From positions 71,240,001-71,304,000 of the forward strand of contig OZ076409.1 of the NCBI GenBank assembly GCA_964187785.1: a stretch of 64,000 nt of DNA, read 5' to 3'. Shown one piece after another: positions 9,301-21,610 of this stretch. The stretch is from Amphiscolops sp. MND2022 (taxonomy: Eukaryota). A model generated the notes under the pieces. It was not told where the DNA came from and searched no databases. It was given only the letters and a program-made list of their open reading frames with translations. The translations under genes and the position numbers were made by a program. Numbering within the stretch: the stretch's first letter is position 1; each line of letters starts with the position of its first letter.

Positions 9301-12300
9301 GGGGGGGTAACCCCAACAAATATATTGGAGGATTCGGGTAGGGTCCTGAATCCGATTTTAACTCTAATAGCTATCGATAGGAAATCTTGCAAAAATTTCG
9401 GGATCTCGTGATCTAACCATAGGATTTTAAAGTTGGAGCGGCCCCCACCAGATTTTCCAAAATTATTCGCCCCCCACCGGGTTCCAGCGTGATTGAAATA
9501 TTTTGTCGGGGTACACGGGCGACCGTTAGGGGTCATTTTGGGGGTAAAATTTATATAATGTCGCATAACTTTTTTCCTGTTGGATTAAAACTTTGGGACC
9601 CTGCTAAAAGTTTCTTGACCGTGTTGCGGGGGCTCCGGAGGTCCAAACCAAATTTTTCTATCTTGAAGCTATCTCCAAGTACCCCCCCGCCCAAACCGTT
9701 ATTTTTCCGGAAACGCAGGTTTTTGAGCCGGAAGGAGTCGTCTGAGCGCGGGGTCGTTAGGTGATGTATTGGGGACGGCTTCGAGACGAAGCGGGGGACG
9801 TGTAGTTTGCCGACCCCAGTTTACCCCCCGGACGGGAAATGACCGTTATTTGAGCGGGAAAAATGTCCCCCTCCACGTTTTACCGCTATTTCCGGTGTGA
9901 AGGAGTGGGAGTAGCGCGTCGGGTGTTATATAACAAAAGTAGGTTTAGACAAGGACCTATCGGAAACATGTAGTTTGGGACCCCCAGGCCCAACCCGTTA
10001 GCGGGAAATGGGGCTTCCGCCTCCTTTTTTTACTGCGAAAACCGTAAAATGGGCACTGAGGGGTAAATATCTCGTGAACCCGTGGAGCAATCGTGTCCAT
10101 CACTACTACAAGGTTTCATACCCATGATATGGTGCCTTCAGGGGGGCAAACAGATTTCCGCTATCTATCACCGTTACCGACTTGGCCCCCCAGCCTAACC
10201 GCTATGTGACCGGAAATGTCACTTTTTGAGCCCAAAGGGTCGGTCCCAGCCGGGGAACGTTAGGTAACTTATTGTAGTACTCAATGAGACGAGTTGGGGG
10301 ACATAGTTTCAGTCACCCCCCGTTACCCCTTGGGACCGGAAATGACCGTTATGTGGGTAAAATTGCAATATATGTACTTTTTAAAGGACTTTTAGACGCG
10401 GAAGGAGTGGTAATAGGTGCTTGGACACTATATGAGGTAAGGGAGGACGTGAGGCGAGCATTCGGAAATAACCGCTATGTTGACCCTAAAGTCCCCCTGG
10501 TACCGTAAACGACCGGAAATGGTCAAATTTTGTGTCTATTGGGTACAAATGTTTAGTATTTTGTAGATAAAAGTATCTATTAGGTGTTTCGACGGCCTGC
10601 AATAGTGAACATAGTCATGAAACCTTGTGGGGGGTAACGGGGTATATAGCACCGGAAGTCCAAACCGTTGGACACAGGATAGGTTTTTGGTTTGAAAATG
10701 TCTTTCGGCGTACTTTTGTCGACTATTATGGACTATTATTAAAAATTAAAGTTTTTCCATATAGTTTCAGAGACTCCGAAATCTCAACCAACATAACCGT
10801 TACACTTTGATAGCCTTTCAAGTTGGCCTGGTGTCAACTTGGAAGCGCTATCCTTCTGAAATCGTTAATCAATAGTGTTTTTGGGTAGGTATATATTGCA
10901 TTAGTACCAATTAGAGCTTCATCAACAGTGTATCAACGACAAAAACTATGCCGTCATGATTCCGTTATTAGAATCATAGTGAGCAAATAGTTGAAAAAAA
11001 TGGTTTTTTCCATACAAAATGTGTCCTAAATGCCAGGAAACCTATTTACCTAACAAATGGTATTAATTGGAATGTATGTAACAGATTTATAAAAGTTCAA
11101 ATTGAATATTACATTTCATTATGGAAGCTGAAACGTTATATTTTAGTTTGATTAACGTCCACGCCACATACTTTACATCAACGCCCACCGTCTGTGGGCA
11201 TGCCGAGGCATGCCCTTCGACGACATATACCAAATACATACCTAACGACGCCCGTACATCCCGGGCTAGGTGCGGGGGGGAAACCCCAACAAAATTTTTG
11301 GAGGATTCGGGTAGGGTCCTGAATCCGAGTTCAGTGCTGCCAGCTTTCGTTAAGAAAATTTGGATAGGATTCGGGATCTCGTGATCTAACCATAGGATTT
11401 TAAAGTTGGAGCGGCCCCCACCAGATTTTCCGAAAATTAGCGCCCCCCACCGGGTTCCATACCCCGGAAAATTTTTTTCTGGCCACACGGGCGACCGTTA
11501 GGGGGTCATTTTAGGGGTAAAATTCATATTGGGCCACATAACTTTTTTTCTGTTGATTTAAAACTTTGGGACCCTGCTAAAAGTTTCTTGGCCGTGTTGC
11601 AGGGGCCCCTGAGGTCCAAACCAAATTTTTCTATCTTGAAGCTATCTCCAAGTACCCCCCCGCCCAAAACGTTATTTTTCCGGAAACGCAGGTTTTTGAC
11701 CCGGAAGGAGTCGTCGGAGCGCGGGGTCGTTAGGTGATGTATTGGGGACGGCTTTGAGACGAAGTGGGGGACATGCAGTTTGCCAACCCCAGTTTACCCC
11801 CTGGACGGGAAATGACCGTTATATGAGCGGGAAAAATGCCCCCCTCCACGTTTTACCGCTATTTCCGGTGTGAAGGAGTGGGAGTAGCGCGTCGGGTGCC
11901 ATATATCAAAAGTAGGTTTAAACAAGGACCTATCGGAAACATGTGGTTTGGGACCCCCTGGACCAACCCGTTAGCGGGAAATGGGACTTCCGCCTCCTTT
12001 TTTTACGGTTAAAAACGTAAAATGGGCATTGAGGGGTAGATATCTCGTGAACGCGTGGAGCAATCGTGTCCATCACTAGTACAAGGTTTCATGCCCATCA
12101 TATGGTGCCTTCAGGGGGGCAAACAGATTTCCGCTATCTATCACCGTTACGGACTTGGCCCCCCAGCCTAACCGTTAAGTGACCGGAAATGTCATATTTT
12201 GAGCCCAAAGGGTCGGTCTCAGCCAGGGAACGTTAGGTAACTTATTGTAGTACTCATTGAGACGAGTTGGGGGACATAGTTTCAGTCACCCCCCGTTACC

Positions 12301-15207
12301 CCTTAGGACCGGAAATGACCGTTATGTGAGTAAAATTGCCATTTTTGTCTTATTTGAAGGGTATTTAGATGCGGAAGGAGTGGTAATAGGTGCTTGGACA
12401 CTAAATGAGGTAAGGGAGGACGTGAGGCGAGCATTCAGACATAACCGTTATGTTGACCCTAAAGTCCCCCTGGTACCGTAAACGACCGGAAATGGTCAAA
12501 TTTTGTGTCTATTGGGTACAAATGTTTGGTATTTTGTAAATAAAAGTATCCATTAGGTGTTTCGACGGTTTGCAGTAGTGAACATAGTCATGAAACCTTG
12601 TGGGGGGTAACGGTATATAGCACCGGAAATCCGAACCGTTGGAGACAGGATAGGTTTTTTGGTTTTAAAATGTCTTTCGGCGTACTTTTGTCGACTATTA
12701 TGGACTATTTTTAAAAATTAAAGTTTTTCCATATAGTTTCAGAGACTCCGAAACCTCAACCAACATAACCGTTACCTTATGATAGCCTTTCAAGTTGGCC
12801 TGGTGTCAACTTGGAAGGGCTATCCTTCAAAAATCGTTAATCAAGTGTGTTTTTGGGTATGTTTTTATCATTTTAGAATCAATTAGAGCTCCAAGAAAAG
12901 TTTGCCAACGACAAAAACTATGTCGTAATGATTCCGTTATTAGAATGATGGTTAACAAAATGTTGATAAAGTTGATTTTTTACATTTCAAATGTGTCCTA
13001 AAAGCCAGAAAACTTCTTTACCAAAAAATGGTATTGATTGAATTGTATATAACAGGTAATAAAAGTTCAAAATTGTTATTACGTTTCATTATGGAAGCTA
13101 AAACTTCAAAATATAGTTTTAAAACGTCAACGCCACAAACTTTTTATCAACGGCCACCGTCCGTGGGCATGCCGAGGCATGCCCTTCGACGACGTATACC
13201 AAACACCGTCCATATCTACACCCACCCGCGGTAGCAGCTAGGTGCGGGGGGGAAACCCCATCCCTTATCTTGGAGGATTCGGGTAGGGTCCTGAATCCGA
13301 GTTCAGTGCCGCCAGCTCTCAGTAGAAATCTGGGAAATTTTTTGCGATCTCGTGATCTAACCATAGGATTTTAAAGTTGGAGCGGCCCCCACCAGATTTT
13401 CCAAAGTTATTCGCCCCCCACCGGGTTCCAGCGTGATTGAAATATTTTGTCGGGGTACACGGGCGACCGTTAGGGGTCATTTTAGGGGTAAAATTTATAT
13501 CCGGTCGCATAACTTTTTTCCTGTTGGTTTAAAACTTTGGGACCCTGCTAAAAGTTTCTTGACCGTGTTGCGGTGGCTCCGGAGGTCCAAACCAAATTTT
13601 TCTATCTTGAAGCTATCTCCAAGTACCCCCCCGCCCAAACCGTTATTTTTCCGGAAACGCCGGTTTTTGACCCGGAAGGAGTCGTCTGAGCGCGGGGTCG
13701 TTAGGTGATGTTTTGGGGACGGCCTCGAGACGAAGCGGGGGATATATAGTTTGCCGACCCCAGTTTACCCCCCGCACGGGAAATGACCGTTATATGAGCG
13801 GGAAAAATGCCCCCCTCCACGTTTTACCGCTATTTCCGGTGTGAAGGAGTGGGAGTAGCGCGTCGGGTGTTATATAACAAAAGTAGGTTTAGACAAGGAC
13901 CTATCGGAAACATGTAGTTTGGGACCCCCTGGACCAACCCGTTAGCGGGAAATGGGGCTTCCGCCTCCTTTTTTTTACTGCTAAAACCGTAAAATGGGCA
14001 TTGAGGGGTAAATATCTCGTGAACGCGTGGAGCAATCGTGTCCATCACTACTACAAGGTTTCATACCCATGATATGGTGCCTTCAGGGGGGCAAACAGAT
14101 TTCCGCTATCTATCACCGTTACCGACTTGGCCCCCCAGCCTAACCGCTATGTGACCGGAATTGTCACTTTTTGAGCCCAAAGGGTCGGTCCCAGCCGGGG
14201 AACGTTAGGTAACTTATTGTAGTACTCAATGAGACGAGTTGGGGGATATAGTTTCAGTCACCCCCCGTTACCCCTTGGGACCGGAAATGACCGTTATGTG
14301 GGTAAAATTGCAATTTTTATACTTTTAAGTGTATTTAGGTGCGGAAGGAGTGGTAATAGGTGCTTGGACACTATATGAGGTAAGGGAGGACGTGAGGCGA
14401 GCATTCGGAAATAACCGTTATATTGACCCTAAAGTCCCCCTGGTACCGTAAACGACCGGAAATGGTCAAATTTTGTGTCTATTGGGTACAAATGTTTAGT
14501 ATTTTGTAGATAAAAGTATCTATTAGGTGTTTCGACGGTCTGCAATAGTGAACATAGTCATGAAACCTTGTGGGGGGTAACGGGGTATATAGCACCGGAA
14601 GTCCAAACCGTTGGACACAGGATAGGTTTTTGGTTTGAAAATGTCTTTCGGCGTACTTTTGTCGACTATTATGGACTATTATTAAAAATTAAAGTTTTTC
14701 CATATAGTTTCAGAGACTCCGAAACCTCAACCAACATAACCGTTACATTTTGATAGCCTTTCAAGTTGGCCTGGTGTCAACTTGGAAGCGCTATCCTTCT
14801 GAAATCGTTAATCAAGAGTGTTTTTGGGTAGGTATATATTGCATTAGTACCAATTAGAGCTTCATCAACAGTGTATCAACGACAAAAACTATGCCGTCAT
14901 GATTCCGTTATTAGAATCATAGTGAGCAAATTGTTGAAAAAAATGGTTTTTTCCATACAAAATGTGTCCTAAATGCCAGGAAACCTATTTACCTAACAAA
15001 TGGTATTAATTGGAATGTATGTAACAGATTTATAAAAGTTCAAATTGAATATTACATTTCATTATGGAAGCTGAAACGTCATATTTTAGTTTAATTAACG
15101 TCAACGCCACACACTTTACATCAACGCACACCGTCTGTGGGCATGCCGAGGCATGCCCTTCGACGACGTATGACAAATCCATATCAAACGACGCCCGTAC
15201 ATCCCGG

Positions 15208-16493
15208 GCTAGGTGGCCGGAAATTTTTTTTTCAGCAAAATCTTTGCCATTGGGGGAGGGGCCCCGGATGGCCAGTAGTACGGGATAGCTTCCTACCAAA
15301 TCCAGGCGGAAAAAACGTGATTTCGGAAACTAGCCGTCAGAATTTGCTCAAATTTTGCATACGGCTTCCTATAACAATCCTAAGAACTAATCCCTACTGG
15401 CATTTTGCCCAAAAAACGCAAAAAGTTGGTCAAAATCTTAGTTTTTTGGTCAAAAAATGGCAATTTTTCGAAAAAATTTTTTTTCAGAGACAATTACTCG
15501 TAACTGGTTCACCCAGCGCAAAAACGCCTAGCTGATTTATTGTTGGGCACTTCATGAGGAGTGCGTATACAAATTTTCGTCCAGATCGGAAAAAAAATGA
15601 CTAAGTATTAGCCGGAATTCGGACGCATTTTTTCGCAAATTTTTGAAAACCTAGTCTATCTCTGCCGTTTTTTGCCCAGATTTTTTTCCAGGTCCTCTCC
15701 TAAAGGCCTCCCCTGGCCGGTTTACTTCCCAGAAAAACCATTTGGCCCTAAATACGGAGTTTCAGCGTTCTAGCATTCCCGGGCGAAAAGATGTGGGACT
15801 TAGAAAAAATTCAAAATTTTTCAAAAAATTTTTTTTTCGTTTTCCGGCCCCCCAATGAAGGGGAACGACCCCCAACGAGGATTTTTGGTGAATTCACGTG
15901 GAAAGGCCTTGTTTTGTGGAGAAAATTGCCGTTTAGAGCGACTTTTTATCTTAACTTGACGTTGACCTCTGTCGTTTTGAATTTGATATTAGTATGTGTT
16001 GAGCATGTGAAAAGTTGATGATTTCAGTTGTTCTCTCGTGTTCAAGCCATTGAGATACAAGCGGTAGTGATCAAAATGTGATTTATCGCAATTTGGTGGT
16101 GCTTTTGGTGTATTTTGATTCTTTTAAATAAAAAGTTGTTCTTTATATATTTGGTGTATTGATTCAAATTAACAAGAAACAGTTGAGTACATTTCATCTC
16201 CCCCCTTGTGGGGGAGATGAGGATGTACCCGCTAAATGACACGCACAATGGCCCAATTTTATTTTTATGCGACGTTCTCTAGGCTTTTGCGCAAGCCCAC
16301 TAATATTTAGACTGGTTTCCTTTTCTTTTACTCCAAAATTTTCCGTACTAACCACCTTACGCACCACCAGCTCAACGTAACATCTCTAACGTCAACGCCA
16401 CACACTCTCACTAACGCCCACCGTCCGTGGGCATGCCGAGGCATGCCCTTCGACGACGTATGCCAAATAGCGCCACAGGGCGCAAACATTCCC
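15208..16493 (+). mobile_element. Short-class unit, subfamily S2 (1286 bp)
   Basis: Starts GCTAGGTGGCCGGAAATT. Divergent left half. Carries the shared central block (~15700-15800) and the GAGTACATT hairpin at 16185. Confidence 0.6.
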
Positions 16494-19400
16494 GCTAGGT
16501 GCCGGGATTTCTATTCGATAAAGTATGTGGCGCGCCTTGGGTAGGGTCCCTTGCGCGCTCTTGGGTATGGTGTTCACCAGCTAGGAAACAGGGGTCGATT
16601 TTTCGGGATCTCCTAAACTAGCCACACGATTTGGCTGAAATTTGGCACACGTACTCCCCTCGGCACGGTGGAGATGATTTCCTACTGACGTTTTTCCCGC
16701 AAAATTTTTTTTGTTGTCCAAAATAACGGTTTTTGGGGTAAAATTTTGAATTTTTTTTAAATTTTATCTTATATCTCGCCATGGGTTTACGCTAGCGCTT
16801 CAAAACCCTGCTAAAGAAAGCTTGCAAACTGTCTCAGGAATGCTGTGTGAAATTTTCAGCTCAATCGGACTCAAACTCGGGGAGATATAGCGTTTTTCCG
16901 GAGCGGGGGGGTTTCATTTTTCTAACGGTCCAGCTTATCTTTGCCATTTTTTCGAAAATGCACTCGCCTAAAGGCCTCCCCTGGCCAGTTTTATTCCCAG
17001 CAAAACCATTTGGCCCTAAATACGGAGTTTCAGCGTTCCAGCATTCCCGGGCGAAAAGTTGTGGGACTTAGAAAAGTTCAAAAATTTTCAAAAAATTTTT
17101 TTTCCGTTTTCCGCCCTCCCCCCCTAGAGGAAAAGACCCCCCAACCAGTAATTTGAGTGAATTCATGTGGAAAGGCCATGTTTAGAGGAGAAAAATGCCG
17201 TTTAGAACGTCTTTTTATCTTGGCTCAACGTTGACTTATGACGTTTTGAAGGTGATGTTTGGAGGTGTAAAGCACGTGAATAGTAAACGTTATGAGTATT
17301 TATCTGATCTGAAAGCCACTGAGATGAATATGGTTTGCTCAAAACGTAATTCATGGCAGTTTGGCAATCAATCAACACCCTTTGTTGTCGTTGGACATAC
17401 TTTTTTGTTGTTATAATAAAAAATTTTGTGTATTTATTCATTTTTTTCTCATCAAATAACTTGAAACAGTTGAGTACATTCCATCCCCCCCTTCCGGGGG
17501 AGATGAGAATGTACTCGCAAAAAGCACCGAACTACGGCCCTTACCTTCCTGAGCTACGCAGTATAAGGATTACATATTGGTTCCGACATTTTCATAGAGT
17601 TAAATCTTGGTAATCTGTCTGGATATGCAGAAAAACCAGCACTTGCTTTTTTATACCACGTTGCTTACAACGACAATTATTTTATATCAACGCCCCCATA
17701 TTTATCAACGCCCCCCGTCCGTGGGCATGCCGAGGCATGCCCTTCGACGACGTATACCAAGATATGTTCGAGCGCGTTAGCCTAGGTGCCGGGATTTTCT
17801 ATTCGACAAGTTTGCGCGCCTTGGGGAGGGTCCCTTTGCGCGCTTTAAGATCCAGGTGTTTCCAACTCCTAAACGGGCATGTGATTTCGACGATCTCCTA
17901 AACTAGCCATACGATTTGGCTGAAATTTGGCACACGTACCCCCCTCGGCACGGTGAAGATGATTTCCTACTGACGTTTTTCCCGCTAAACATTTTTTGTT
18001 GACCAAAATAACGGTTTTTGGGGTAAAATTTTCAACTTTTTTTAAATTTCATCTTATATCTCGCCACGGGTACACGCTAGCGCTTCCAAACCTTGCTGAC
18101 GAAAGTTTGCAAACTGTCTCAGGAATGCTGTGTGAAATTTACAGCTCAATCGGACCTAAACTCGAGGAGATATAGCGTTTTTCCGGAGCGGGGGGGTTTC
18201 ATTTTTCTAACGGTCCAGCTTATCTTTGCCATTTTTTCGAAAATGCACTCGCCTAAAGGCCTCCCCTGGCCGGTTTTATTCCCAGCAAAACCATTTGGCC
18301 CTAAATACGGAGTTTCAGCGTTCCAGCATTCCCGGGCGAAAAGTTGTGGGACTTAGAAAATTTCAAAAATTTTCAAAAATTTTTTTTTCCGTTATTTGGG
18401 CCCCCAAAGTGGGGGAAAAGACCCCCCAACCAGTAAAGCAAGTGAATGCATGTGGAAAGCCCTTAGTTAGATGAGAAAAATGGCGTTTAGAACGTCTTTT
18501 TATCTTGGCTCAACGTTGTCTTATGACGTTTTGAAGGTGACCGTTAGATACGGAAAATTGATGTTTTGAGTCTTTATCCCATCTGAAAGCCACTGAGATA
18601 CAACATGTTTTGCTCAAAACGTATTTCATTGCAGTTTCGCTGTCCATTAACACCCTTTGGTGTCTTTTGACGTATTTTTCTTTTCTATAATAACATTTTT
18701 TCTGTGTATTTATTCATTTGTTTTTCATCAAATAACTTGAAACAGTTGAGTACATTCCATCTCCCTTCCCGGGGGAGATGAGAATGTACTCGCTAAAGGC
18801 CGCGAACTACGGTCTATATCTTCCCCAACACAAAAGAGATTGAAAATTGTTTCATTTTGTGGAAAAAATTCTTCTTTTTGTACACTGTGACTCGACAAAG
18901 TGAACGTTTCTTACCTATTTTGAAACTTCCCTCACCAAAAACCATCTCTAACGTCAGCGCCCCCCTACTTGCATCAACGCCCCCCGTCCGTGGGCATGCC
19001 GAGGCATGCCCTTCGACGACGTATACCAAGATATACCTGGAGCGCGGTAGCAGCTAGGTGCCGGGATTTTCTATTCGACAAGTTTGCGCGCCTTGGGGAG
19101 GGTCCCTTTGCGCGCTTTAAGATCCAGGTGTTTCCAACTCCTAAACGGGCATGTGATTTCGACGATCTCCTAAACTAGCCATACGATTTGGCTGAAATTT
19201 GGCACACGTACCCCCCTCGGCACGGTGAAGATGATTCCCTACTGACGTTTTGCTCGCTAAACATTTTTTGTTGACCAAAATAACGGTTTTTGGGGTAAAT
19301 TTTTGAACTTTTTTTAAATTTCATCTTATATCTCGCCACGGGTACACGCTAGCGCTTCCAAACCTTGCTGACGAAACCTTGCAAACTGTCTCAGGAATGC

Positions 19401-21610
19401 TGTGTGAAATTTTCAGCTCAATCGGACCTAAACTCGGGGAGATATAGCGTTTTTCCGGAGCGGGGGGGTTTCATTTTTCTAACGGTCCAGCTTATCTTTG
19501 CCATTTTTTCGAAAATGCACTCGCCTAAAGGCCTCCCCTGGCCGGTTTTATTCCCAACAAAACCATTTGGCCCTAAATACGGAGTTTCAGCGTTCCAGCA
19601 TTCCCGGGCGAAAAGTTGTGGGACTTAGAAAAGTTCAAAAATTTTCAAAAAAAATTTTTCCGTTATTTGGGCCCTCAAAGTGGGGGAAAAGACCCCACAA
19701 CCAGTAAAGCAAGTGAATGCATGTGGAAAGCCCTTGTTTAGACGAGAAAAATGCCGTTTAGAACGTCTTTTTATCTCAACTTGACATTGACTTTTGTCGT
19801 TTTGAAGGTGACCGTTAGATACGGAAAATTGATGTTTTGAGTATTTATCCCATCTGAAAGCCATTGAGATACAACATGTTTTGCTCAAAACGTGTTTCAT
19901 TGCAGTTTCGCTGTCCATTATCACCCTTTGGTGTCTTTTCACGTAATTTTCGTTTCTATAATAACAATTTTTTTGTGTATTTATTCATTTTTTTCTCATC
20001 AAATAACTTGAAACAGTTGAGTACATTCCATCTCCCTTCCCGGGGGAGATGAGAATGTACTCGCTAAAGGTCAGGAACTACGGTCTATATCTTCCACAAC
20101 ACAAAAGGGATTTCAAATGGTTTCAGTTTGTCGCAGAAAACTTCTTTTTGCCCTCTGTGACTCGACAAAATGAACGTTTCTTACTTACATTGAAACTCAG
20201 CATACCACAACTCATCTCTAACGTCAGCGCCCCCCTACTTGCATCAACGCCCACCGTCCGTGGGCATGCCGAGGCATGCCCTTCGACGACGTATACCAAG
20301 ATATACCTGGAGCGCGGTAGCCGCTAGGTGCCGGGATTTTCTATTCGACAAGTTTGCGCGCCTTGGGGAGGGTCCCTTTGCGCGCTTTAAGATCCAGGTG
20401 TTTCCAACTCCTAAACGGGCATGTGATTTCGACGATCTCCTAAACTAGCCATACGATTTGGCTGAAATTTGGCACACGTACCCCCCTCGGCACGGTGAAG
20501 ATGATTCCCTACTGACGTTTTTTCCGCTAAACATTTTTTGTTGACCAAAATAACGGTTTTTGGGGTAAAATTTTCAACTTTTTTTAAATTTCATCTTATA
20601 TCTCGCCACGGGTTTACGCTAGCGCTTCCAAATCTTGCTGACGAAACCTTGCAAACTGTCTCAGGAATGCGGTGTGAAATTTTCAGCTCAATCGGACTCA
20701 AACTCGGGGAGATATAGCGTTTTTCCGGAGCGGGGGGGTTTCATTTTTCTAACGGTCCAGCTTATCTTTGCCATTTTTTCGAAAATGCACTCGCCTAAAG
20801 GCCTCCCCTTGCCGGTTTTATTCCCAGCAAAACCATTTGGCCCTAAATACGGAGTTTCAGCGTTCCAGCATTCCCGGGCGAAATGTTGTGGGACTTAGAA
20901 TTTTTCAAAAATTTTCAAAAAAATTTTTTTCCGTTATTTGGGCCCCCAAAGTGGGGGAAAAGACCCCCCAACCAGTAAAGCAAGGGAATGCATGTGCAAA
21001 GCCCTTGTTTAGAGGAGAAAAATGCCGTTTAGAACGTCTTTTTATCTTGGCTCAACGTTGACTTATGACGTTTTGAAGGTGGTGTTTGGAGGTGTAAAGC
21101 ACGTGAATAGTAAACATTATGGGTATTTATCTGATCTAAAAGCCATTGAGATGCAATATGGTTTGCTCAAAACGTAATTCATTGCAGTTTGGCAATCAAT
21201 CAACACCCTTTGTTGTCGTTTGACATACTTTTTTGTTGTTATAATAAAAAAATTTGTGTATTTGTTCATTTTTTTCTCATCAAATAGCTTGAAACAGTTG
21301 AGTACATTCCATCCCCCCCTTCCGGGGGAGATGAGAATGTACTCGCAAAAAGCACCGGACTACGGCCCTTACCTTCCCGAGCTACGCAGTATAAGGATTA
21401 CATATTGGTCCCGACATTTTCATAGAGTTAAATCTTGGTAATCTGTCTGGATATGCAGAAAAATCAGCACGTGCCTTTCAATACCAAGTTGCTTACAACG
21501 ACAATTATTTTATATCAACGCCCCCATATTTATCAACGCCCCCCGTCTGTGGGCATGCCGAGGCATGCCCTTCGACGACGTATACCAAGATATACATAAG
21601 CGCGGTAGCC
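16494..21610 (+). repeat. Four short-class units, subfamily S3 (1287, 1272, 1270, 1288 bp)
   Basis: Start (G/C)CTAGGTGCCGGGATTT at 16494, 17781, 19053, 20323. Closely similar to each other, with mosaic left and right halves. Confidence 0.93.

Larger units (their letters stand above)
1367..15207 (+). repeat. Seven long-class units (1970-1992 bp)
   Basis: Each starts GCTAGGTGCGGGGGG. Bodies are highly similar, with alternative left and right arm variants. Confidence 0.95.

Noticed and set aside
11230..11305. Spliced-leader or snRNA gene array (AG|GT followed by Sm-like AATTTTTGG)
   Set aside because: The Sm-like motif occurs in only one left-arm allele, the would-be leader is the most variable part, and it matches no leader I recognise. 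Small-RNA data could reopen this.
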